A DNA stretch of 64,000 bases from Bugula neritina (taxonomy: Eukaryota; Animalia; Bryozoa): positions 5,570,722 to 5,634,721 of the forward strand of contig OZ037766.1 in NCBI GenBank assembly GCA_964035545.1. Direction: 5' to 3'. How positions within the stretch are numbered: the first letter of the stretch is position 1; each line of letters begins with the position of its first letter. Positions 39,283-50,788 of the stretch are shown in pieces. The notes under the pieces are model-generated. The model searched no databases. It had not been told where the DNA came from and saw only the letters and a list, made by a program, of their open reading frames with translations. The translations under genes and the position numbers were made by a program.

Positions 39283-42200
39283 ATGGCTGAGTTAGGTCTT
39301 TCTACATCCAGTTCCAATACTGACACAGTTTCTGTTGCAAATGAAATTATACGTGATGCGCCTCCAGCTGATAACAATCGCGGTGACCTTGAAAGTTTAG
39401 AGCCACCAAACCCCAAGAAAATGAGAATTAATGAGCCATCAATTGAAAGTATATGTTGTTTAGAAGACAGACTGACTGGAATTCTATGTTGCACCGTGTG
39501 CTTAGACCTCCCGACTGTTGCCATGTTCCAGGTACTAAGAGTGAGGCAGTAAACTAAATCAAACTTTCAATTATTATTCTACTCGATAATGTTTCACTAA
39601 TCTCTAATTCACTATGAATATCAGTATGAGTATTACTGCCAAGCAAAATTAAAAAATAGCCTGATTTTAGATTTTCTTTTTAATTTTGGTCATCGTTATC
39701 ATAGTTTCTTCTTTTTTAAACCTTAAAAATTGAAAATAATAAAATCCTAATACTAATAGTATTAATATACTATTATTATTAACTGTTATTGTTATATCAA
39801 TATGAATATATTTTACTCGGAGCTGTTATAAAAATATGCTCTACTTGGACCTATCATGTGAAAACTTAGCAGTTCTGATGTTGAAGGTTAACTTAGTTAA
39901 TTTGGAAATCACAAATTTGGGTTAGAATCAGAAAAGGCACTTTCTGAGGTAGGAAAGTTGCACAAAATTTAGTTATTCATCATAACTCTATTTTTTTCTG
40001 AATAAGTAGAATTTTTTACAGGTATCACTTTAAATATTCTTTATCAATGATTCAAATTGAATTTAGTTACATTTACCCCACAAATTGTTTCGTATAAATA
40101 AATTGTAAACTCAAATAGCAGCAATGTATTGGTATTTTGTTTTTTTAAAAAAACTAATCAAAAATTTTCAAATTACTTTGAAGAGCTTTGTACTGCTATT
40201 ACTAATACTGTTGAGTAGTATTACTAAAATTAGTTACTACTTACTACAGGTACTTATCTAGTTCAAAAATAATGGCTTGGAAAGCAGCTGATGAATGCAC
40301 AAGATATTTGGCACTAGTCCAATAATTGCATATTTTATTTGCTTGCATAATTAAATCACAACTCAGTGCAAAAATTCCGTACTCAAAACATACTATTCTT
40401 ACTAAGCATGAAAAGGTTTTGGGTGATTCTTAATAACATTCAAGCCTCATTCCTAAGCAGTCCAAAGCATAAAAGCTAGCTCCAGAACTTCTTGGGGGTA
40501 AAGTTGGCGAATGGAATAATCTATGCTTGAAGTTTTATAATGTCTTTTTCTAATGCAACAAAACGCCTATGGCTTATATGAAGTAGACCTATTGAATTTC
40601 CATATGATTGCTTGATTAAATTTTTGTTCAAGGCAATCAATGACACTATTTTGGGGAATAAATAGAGACTAAGAGAAAATATGCACATCATCAAATGACA
40701 CATTCACCAGAGTTTCTCATGTCAGTTTGACTGCAACCAGTTTGAGTCTTGAAAACAGACCAAGGATCAAATTAATCAGTCTAAACCAGTATGTTCAATC
40801 AATGGAAAACACTAGGTAGATCGTAAAAGGTAGAAAAAGTAGGCTACCTGTAGTAACTTGCATAGTGTTTCTAAAAACAGCAAGTTACTAGTAAAAGGAT
40901 AAACTGCGACTAGTGCTATCAGTACTTGTGTTGATTAATCCTAATCATCATTTCCAAGCATCAGCAGGGCAAGATGGTGTAATATGGTATTTTAATACAA
41001 AATTATAAACTGTGCTAGTATTATCAGCCTAAAGACAACAACGAAGATCTCGTAACTAATGATGTATGCTTTTTACACTCCAGTTATGATTAAAAGTGAA
41101 TGTGTTTATTATTAATTGCTAATAAACTAGCATTCATTAAATTTCTTTTTGAAAAATAAAATTGCTAAAAAGGCCACCTTCTTTTAAACAAAAATTTCTT
41201 TATACAGCTGAAAGCATTTTTTCACAATTTATTTTATGGCACTAAAACTAAAAAAACCTGCAATTGGTCAAAGGTAAAATGCTAGATTTTCAATTAGGTG
41301 AAGCAGATGAAACTTGGACTTTGGCCTTTGGCCGTTCAAACTTTAAGGTGCAACAGGATCCCTTGAGAAGGCCTTAGCCCTAGGGCTGTTCGTGAATGAA
41401 AGCTCCCTTAGCCTATAAATAGTACTATTTTAAGTTGGTTGGTTAGCAGTTATATTTCTTTGAGCTCAACTAAATATAAATAAGAGGAAACTTGTAGCAA
41501 TTTAATTGGCCAAAAATGATAATAAAAATATGTGGTATAAGTTGTTTTATTTTTGACATCGAGACTTGACCTGCCAAGTTTCTATCAAAAATAAAAAACA
41601 TGCGCTATTCATTTTTAATTTCTTTCTCTATGTTGAAACTTGTAGAAATTAGAACATTCTACATGAAGGTTTATTGTGTTGCAGTGTATGAATGGACACT
41701 TGATGTGTGCCGGTTGTCATGCTCATTTGATTGCCGATAGTCGACTGCGGGATGAGAATGCGACTTGTCCCAACTGTCGGTGTGATATTCGGGAGAACTC
41801 TTGTGTAAGAAACCTGGCTGTGGAGAAAGCTTTAAGTGAGCTGCCAACTGACTGCATTTTCTGCCAAACAAAGTTTCCACGAAATCAAATTGAAGCTCAT
41901 CAAAATTCTGTTTGTAAAGAAAGGTATTAAATTCAAATATGTGATTGTCTTGTTTCTAAATAAATTATAGAAAAATTCTAAATGTAAAAATAATCCAATA
42001 TTGCTTGCTTGATAACCTAGTGTCATAGATAACCTCACAAGTAAAGCTGTTCTATAAATTAAAACAAAAAAATAAAAAATAGTTTGAAGTATGTTTTGAG
42101 TTCACAAATGAAAAAAAATTTAAAATTATTCAAAAAAACTATTGGACTAGCTAAAGTTGCATTTTTTTTCCTAAAAGGCTTTTTTGTGTAGAGAAGCATA

Positions 42201-43068
42201 TTTTTACTGGTATGTTTTCCTGTGTTGTAGAATAAGTAGCTGCCAGTATGAGAAAATAGGATGCTCGTGGAAGGGCCCGTTTCATGAGTTGTCCACACAT
42301 GAAGCCGGATGCGCTCATCCAAAAAAGCCAGGGAGTGAACTTATGGAATACATTACGGCAATCAATGCCAAGAACCATAATGAGTTGACGTTGTTCAGAA
42401 ATATTTTTGATCTCCTTTCATTCCAGAGGATAGCCCAGTCAGGTAACTCTAATAGTTCTCGTGGTCATCTGTTCTGGCTCACTACATCTTTTCAACTTGT
42501 AATAAATCTCATTTCTCATCATTCACCTTTTTACTGCTGAAAGGTTTAATAATTTCATTTCATTTTTAAATATTAGCTATTCATTGGATGTTGTAAACAG
42601 ACATGTATCTTTTCCTTTTACACCAAAGAGCATTTGGCATGATGAATTGGCTGTTGAGTGTTTACTGTTGCAGATCCTCAGTTGAAACCTTACCGTACTG
42701 ATGACTTTGTCACCAAACTATATTATGAGTCAGCCAGGTTTTCTGCTTTTGGCTGCCAGTGGGTGATGAAGGCTACAATCAGTGAAGAGGTTAAAGACCC
42801 AACTATGGTGTCCGAGAGAAACATCAATTACTCTCTCATTCTCAAGAGCCGTTCTAGCAACCCCCTTGACTTGCATTACCTTGTCTTACGTGGTCCCCAC
42901 TCTAATTACAAGCTGAAACCTGTTATATACAGACACGAGTTTACTCCTGACACTGCTGAAGCTCCCAGTCGGCGTTTGCATGTCACAGACTCTATCGAGT
43001 GTAACAGAATACTGTCCCACCGTGTTATCAACCTCAGAATCCTTATGTTCCAGGTATCAAAAGACTGA
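39283..43068 (+). CDS. CYHR1: Cysteine- and histidine-rich protein 1 (zinc finger TRAF-type-containing 1), ~364 aa
   Basis: Exons 39283-39531, 41685-41923, 42231-42442, 42674-43068; 1095 nt. [17 protein letters not shown]...Q|[55 protein letters not shown]. Confidence 0.93.
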
Positions 43069-44286
43069 CTTTAGAAAGTCTTCTTTTAGTGCTCGACTTT
43101 TTAGCTGATTGGCTTCATGCCTTTTTTGGCCAGTTCCTATATGCTGTATTCCTTGTCTAATTTACAAATATTCTGAAATGAAAAGTAATTACTATTTTGT
43201 GATTATTGAGAATTGTGTTCACTACACTATTTCATTATTTTACTCACCATATGATTGTAATATTTACGTGCTTTTTACCTTTTTTAGAGCTTCTTGAGTG
43301 GTAAAGATAGTAACTTTACATACAGCTTTAGCAGTTCAAATAGTAGTGATATCAGTTACTCTCCTAGGTAACAATTGTATTTATTGCTGAGGTGGGAATA
43401 CTCATTTTTGATTATAAACATTATGCTTTAGAAACAATTATGAACAATATAGTATGTGTTTTTTAAGTAAAAAGCAGTGTGAATATTTTTTCTTTTAATT
43501 TTGTCAATTTTACTTCAAATCATGTACATGGGTCAGCTAGTCATTGCAAGTCTTCAAATCAAATTGGTTAACAATAATAATTTGAATTCGAAATTTTAAA
43601 GTTTATACATTCTAATATAATTTCTTTTTCTGACAACCTAATTTTTTTCAGTGACTTGGAGTGACTATGTTTGAGTCAAAACTAATTATTAATTGTAAAA
43701 TGCTTTTAGTGTACTTCTGGCTTTTTTCAACATATATTTATTGCATAATAGTATGATTTGTGTGCTTGAGCTGTTGCAAGGCAATTAATAAACAATTATT
43801 TTATTCATGTTTCAAAGACCTATCTTTATATGTTTCAAACAATTTTTTCAACAACTTGACAAAATCTGAAAAAACTGAAGCTTTAGATCTTTAGAATTAG
43901 TTTGACTTTAGATAGATATTTTTGAAAACTTGACTATAATTCACAGTTGAATTAAAATTCCTTTTTCCTGGATTTTGCATACAAGCATTACTGAAAGTGA
44001 TGGAAGGTTTAAGCAGCATCGGCATGTAATTTAATTACTTTTTTGGCTCTAAACATGTTAAGTTTGCAAAGTAAGTCGTTGTGCTCTTTGAAGCACCACT
44101 CAGTGTTAATTGCTGTTAATATCCTCCCAACAACTTAGAGTAACGCCGCTGTGAACACCAGTCAAGTGTGTTTCACTGGTGTTGTCCAGCAACCAATGTA
44201 CCTGAAGAGTGTGTAGCTTGCCGACTTAAGTTTATCCAAGTCAACTGCCATTTGAAGTAACGAGCACTAGCGGTAGTGTCAGCAAC

Positions 44287-47200
44287 ATGTGCTGTGCTCT
44301 ACTCTCTCTACTTATTGTAACTTCACAGTATTTATGCCTTAGAAGTGAATATATTGACCAAGGTAACATTACAACTTACACAAAAAAGCTTATACCATAT
44401 ATGTTTAAAGTTGTGCGTCTGTGGGTGAAATCTGCAGTGATCAAATGTGACGTTTGGCTTTAAAATTCTGATTGTTTTGAAATGTTAGTTAAAATTGCCT
44501 ACGTATTTAAAGAGCCAAACAATTAACAATGAGTATAATTTTAAAATTTGAATGCATTCAACTGCTCCTATTTCTCATGTTATAGAAAATCTGCTTTATA
44601 CGAATTTCTCAAGACCTGAAAATTTAAAGTATAAACTATACAGCCCAACTGTCTTTTTTGCAGCAAATTGAGATAGCAATACTTTTTTAATTAAGTTAGT
44701 CTGAGAATGTAACTTAACCTAAAACAGTACTTGCATTAGGTTTTACGAACTAGAATTTAATTATAAGCAAACCAGCTTATTATCTAACTTTTTGGTTGCA
44801 GTAAAGTTGAAAGTAAGCCAAATATTAGTCAGTCTAATTTATCTGAGTGCTTTCAATTGGCTGATAATTTGAACAAGTTGAGACAAGGTGTCTGTTATAA
44901 AACTTGCTGATTAGTATATAAGATATATAAATATAACTGGTAAATTGATAGCAGATAGCAAAGCATCATTGCCCGATTATCCCCACAATTGCTGTGTTCT
45001 ACTGTTGTATGTGTAGTTATAAAATGAAATTAAAAAAGCCTATGTTCTAAAAGAGAAAAGTAGAAAAAAATTCTTTTTTCACTAGATTCTGAAGAGTTTA
45101 GGCTATATTGGAACTTTTTAGCTACTGAGCATGGATGTATTTTTTCTTCTGTTTTGCTAGCCTACTTTCTGAATGGGATGTGTAATCAGATGAGGGACCC
45201 CCTCCACTCCCTCACACTCCGTCTGATTGAAAGATCTGACTTGGAAGCAGGTGAATATCACGTACCAACTTCAGATGTTGATTGCTACATCACATTTGTC
45301 AGGTAGGAGTAAAGTTATTTATGCATGTAATTGTACATGTATACTCTCCCTGTCACAGCCAATATTGCATGTTATTACTTAGACTTCCCTGCAATCACAC
45401 TGAAAAAGCAGCAAGAGTTATCAGCACTACAAAAAATATAATGGCTATAAACAAAGTTGTAAGACACAATGTAATATGCATACAATATAACTAGGACAGC
45501 ATAAGTTACATACTGGAAAATACTATACTACTTGCTGTATATTTATATACCCGGTTTTGGTGAAAAAAATAAATTACAGCATAGTATGTAAACGTGAAGT
45601 AGTGTATCATGAGCTATTATTATGAATAGTTATACTTGTTTGGGTGTGTTGAAACTAGGTTAAGTTTTTCAGTGATTTACTGGATTCTGATAGTTTATAA
45701 TCAAATAATATAGTAGTAGTTTAATAATTCAAAGCAATAACATATGTTTGAACTATTCTGCTTTTCAAATGGTATTTACATAAATTAAAACAGTCAATTA
45801 GTACAGTATCATGTTGCATTGTATATATTTCATTATGTACATATTATCGCACCATATGTTATTAAAAGTACAATATTTTAATATATCTTTATGTATAAAT
45901 TTTTGTCTTGAATTGATTACTTGTTATTTTAGCCCAACTTTCTCTGACTCATTAACGAGGAAGATTTCGATTAAAAGTCGTGATGGATTCTTCAACATAG
46001 AAAATCCGTTTACTTGTATGGAGAGTGAAAACAATGACATTTCAAACTGTGCTGAAACTAATGCCTATATACAGGTTTAAAGATGAAGTACACTATAATG
46101 TGAAATACGAACGTTACTTACTTGTGGCCATAGGTTATGTTGTTAAGTTGATCTGTTTGTTATGCCTTGTCATGTGTACTAAGTATTACAGCATTTCATT
46201 ATAATTATCAAGTTTCAAAATAATTTCCTTATGAGAAGGCAATTTAAAATAGATGGTTTTGCTAGGAGGTTCCCATCTTGCTTATTAGGTGTTTTATGGA
46301 GACGGCAGGAGCAAGCCTATGCAGTTTGTTGGCACATACTGTGGATCTGAGGCTATAGGGTACTTGGAGGCACCTGCTGAATACACTTCTGTCACAATAC
46401 GACTTGTCATCAAGTCTGAAAGTCTTACTACAACTCCAACAAACAACGTAACCATGACAACAGAGAATGGTTTATTCAATGTCACTGCTACCAATGTTAC
46501 AGAAAGTAACATAACCACGAGTACACTGAACATTTCTAATACTACACCAGGTAATATACCAGGTCATGGTACACAAGCTATGCTTCAGAATAGAAATACT
46601 ATCAAAGCTCTTCCATGTTTAGTTTTGTTGCTGAAAGACATTTTGAATATCATGTCAGTTAAGGCAAAAAGTGATATTTCGTGGCATGCATGTGAAATGT
46701 GTATTTCTATCAGTTTACAACTATAAAACACTTTACATTTATAAATAGCTTACATTGAATAATTAGTTGGCTATTGTGATATCACACTTCACAAAATAAA
46801 TGACAGTCTAGTATTGTAAATACAGCAACTAAAAAGTATTCTTTTTGACACTAGGGCATCATGGGAAGTATAACTGCACACGTTTTAAAATTTCTTCTGC
46901 TGGTTGTTACTGCAGTCTTGTTGTCACCTTATTATATAACCAGAAAAATAATGGTTTGTTTATTTTGTTTTACTTTTAGACATAATCAATTTCACCACAT
47001 CTCTTGACACCACAAGAAATGATACAAATATTTCTACTTGTGGGACAAACTTCACAATAGACATCACCATGTTTATTGTTGGTGAATAATTAGATAATGT
47101 AATATTATAGACAGTTTGTCCATGACTAAACAATATATGCCATTTTTTATTACGTGTTTAAGTAATATTGCATTTTTATTATCTGTTCATTGCGGATACT

Positions 47201-49819
47201 TTTAGTAGCAAATATTTCAAAAACATATTTTATAAAGCAATTCAGATTTACGCTACAACAAGCCACACTCTTCTAGTTGATAAATTTTAGCAATAAAAAT
47301 ATTGCACAATTACAGACTGTAGTTATAATATTGAAATATCCTTTTATGCATTTACTAGCTGATTAATTTGCTAATTAGGAGACTGCAATCAGGACGGACC
47401 TGAGAACAATGATGAACAGTTTTACTGCGAAGACGAGGACAAGTGTATCTCTGATCATCTAAGATGCGATGCGTATCTTGCCAACAACTGTGGAGACTAT
47501 ATGGATAACTTCATAGGTGAACCAGCCTACTGTGGCACTGAACCTGATCCACCTAAAGATAAGCGTAAGTTACGTGTGATCAAAAAATTTTGAACTTGGC
47601 TGTAACAGATTGTGATCAATGGATATCGTTATTCTCATCACTTTGAAGTAAAAAAATCAGGTACCTCCCACTTTTTATTTTTTGATGCTTTACCTTTTAA
47701 TAATAGTTTCTGACATTTTAGGTTGCAAAATAGAAGTAAGCATATAGGTTTTTGACTGATTATCATTGATTGTTATCGATTTACTTATTGGTTTACTGTA
47801 TACTTATTGTGGTCAATCATTAAATAATCATTCAGCCAGTTTTATTCTAGGTTTTAAAAACTTGTCTAATAATCTGGGATGTTTCCATCAATATAGCTTC
47901 CAGTACTGTTTCTACTAATGTGGGTGGTTGTAATATAACAAAAATTGTAAAGTTTATGATAGTACCACTGGAAATAGGTCATTATTTTCATATATTTTTG
48001 AGTAACAATTGATTATGCTTGCTTTTACATTCTTTCGAAAGCACTTTTTGCCATTCAATTGTTTTGTAAAACACACATTTCCCTTTCTGTCTTGCATATG
48101 CCGTATGCAGTAAAATATCTAGTCTTCTGCTGATTTCCATAAATAGTGTGGACTATTTGATTAATTCATGAATAATTCCTCTAACTACTCTGTGGCAACT
48201 AATTTGTTTATCATACCCCCCCCTTCTTCTTGTGAAGCTTCAAAGTACTTATTACTAAAGTATGATAAAATTCTAAAATCACTAAACTGAAGCAATGTAT
48301 GCATATGGCATGTGTTATAAAGTAAACCTGCATCACGTGCTTATTAGTGTGCTTTTAAAGGTGTGCACAGTGGTTGGAAAACTTCTCAATAAACTTTTAA
48401 TAATTGATAGTGAAATGGAGATAACTGGAAAAAAAACCTGGATACAGAAGTTGGATAATCAAGACAAATTGGAATCTACCATAGTACTATGGTTTTAATC
48501 ATTTTTTGCCAAATTCATTTTCAGAGTTACTGTAGTTAAATTCCCAAAACATGGTACATTTATTTAATATATCATATTATTTAATCTATTAAAATATGCT
48601 ATTTTTATCTTTATCTTCATTATTACAAAGTCGACATAGTCAGTGATATTATCATTACTATCTATGTATATACAGTGAAATGGCTGTGGCTGATAATCCT
48701 GTTGGCGGTGCTGTCTGCTATGGCCCTGCTCTACTGGTGCTGCTGGAGACCCGGCTGGCTGCCGTGGAGGCTCGGCTGCCTCAGGAACTGCTGCTACGAC
48801 ACTTGCTGCCTCAAATGCTCCACTAAATGCAACTCCTGCTGCTGCAAGTCCTGCGCTAGCTCTGCTGCTGCCAAGGAACAAAGTGGTGCAAATACATCTG
48901 ACACTGAAAACCTGGGAGGTATGAGTGTGCTAATAATAGAAATTACACAAGCAAATGTATACATGTGTTAGAGTTGTCTTCTCCAATAACTCTGTATTGA
49001 AGCTCTTCCATAGATTTCCACAATTACGATTATATAAACAAATGACTATTATATTATTAAAGTTGGATTACACATAATGTAACTGCTTCCTATATTATAC
49101 TATTAAGCAAAGCTGCATATCCATCATATAACAATACTGCAGTTATATAATGATACTGATAGTTGTATTGACTGGAATACAAAGCTGTAGCAGGTGTCGT
49201 TGAAAAAAATATACCAGTAAAACTACCTTGCTTAGCTTTTAAGTATGTTTTGCTATTTTCCTATGCTATGCTGTATTTCAAACAATTACAACACTTACAT
49301 AGCCAGGTGAGAGTCTGCATCCCATTGCATGAAAACAGTATGATGCAACTTATGTTAATTTGATTTTCAACAAATCTTCAAACACCTTTTCCTCTGCCGC
49401 CCCCCCTTCCGACAATCACCTATGTTATAGCCTAAGAATCTTGTGAATTTTAAGGTTATGGACAAAGGGTAACAAAGGACAGAGCTGATAAGCATACTAA
49501 GAAAAAGAAAAGAAACCCACAGAACAAATTATGCTGCTGCTTACCAACTAAAGGTAAATGTTTAGCAAATGTGTAGCATAACGCCTAAAGTACAATTCTC
49601 TTCGGATATTATCAGTCAAATTGTTGCCACACAGCATACAGTTGATTATTAGCCCAAATAATGCATTGAAAAGCACTAATATATTTCTAAATTGTTTCAG
49701 TAAATGATGAATTTGAAGCTCGAACAAGTGAACAGCTCAATGATAAAGGTGACTCGACAAGTGACTGGGAACAATATTTTAGTAGCGGAGGGCTACACAT
49801 GAGAAGATATCGATACTGA
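44287..49819 (+). CDS. Uncharacterised type I membrane protein: signal peptide, CUB-like domain with Thr/Asn-rich insert, LDLa module, TM helix, Cys-rich cytoplasmic tail; ~456 aa
   Basis: Exons 44287-44362, 45161-45302, 45933-46074, 46289-46550, 46980-47081, 47379-47564, 48676-48918, 49455-49553, 49701-49819 join into one 1371-nt ORF with all phases consistent. Signal MCCALLSLLIVTSQYLCL; CUB-like DVDCYITF, FNIE, YIQVFYG, GTYCG, SVTIRL; LDLa FYCEDEDKCISDHLRCDAYLANNCGDYMD; TM WLWLIILLAVLSAMALLYWCCW. Confidence 0.8.
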
Positions 49820-50788
49820 TTAGGTTTTGGAGTTATCTTCCTTTGCCATATCATCATACTTTACAAAAATAATTATTTATACTTCATGAACTACAAGTAG
49901 ATGAAATGACAGCATAGTTTACTTCTAATCTCACTTCTATTCCCTCTTGTCTGTTTTAAGCAGGTCACACAGTTTAGAAATGCACACGTCAAGAAAAAAG
50001 CATATAATTATATAATTTTTGAAAATTCATGGATGATATAAGATATATAGATAGCACTTGATATTGTAAATTTAAATGAAGTCAATCGTTTAACACCTTT
50101 ACTATTGGTATCATTGAGAAAGCTTGAGGTTTACTTATAATACTAATAGACATGAGAAAATGCAATAGTAGCATTTCTTATAGAGAAAAATTTTATTGTG
50201 GAAGCCTAGATGAAATTTCAATAATATTGTCTGTTTAAGATTTTTATAACATAGAATAGAATTTATTTTTATATTGCAAATATTTTATGTTAGAGAGATT
50301 AAGTAATTCCCAAACTTTCCACTACCCAATTGCTAGGTGTTAGATGGCTTAGTGGATAAAAATAATGACAATAGTTAGATTTTTATAAAAATAAATTAGA
50401 TAATAAAACCAGCTTTATAATAAAAGCTAGCTGCTGTTTGGCACCAACTATTGCAAGTAAAAAGAGTACAGAAATATTTATTACATAACACATAGCACTT
50501 AGAAGATATGGTGCTATGCACTATAATATTATATATGCATCAATATCAATAAATGAATTTTATATAATAACTGTTGATAGACATTGCCACCCATTGATTA
50601 GCAAACCAGCTGATTATGCAGTGTCATTCAAGCATAACAATATTAAGACAAAAAGTAAGCTAAGAAATCAATGGCCAATTGCCTGAAGGTTTCTTGAGTG
50701 CTGCCTCAAGCTACCCAATATTCTGTTAGTTATCATACACTTTATAAATTAATCATATATCGGAAGTTATGATGCGCAGCAAAGACAT

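Noticed and set aside
48564-48881. Ala-rich antisense ORF (105 aa)
   Set aside because: Antisense shadow of the TGC/CTG-rich TM and Cys exon.
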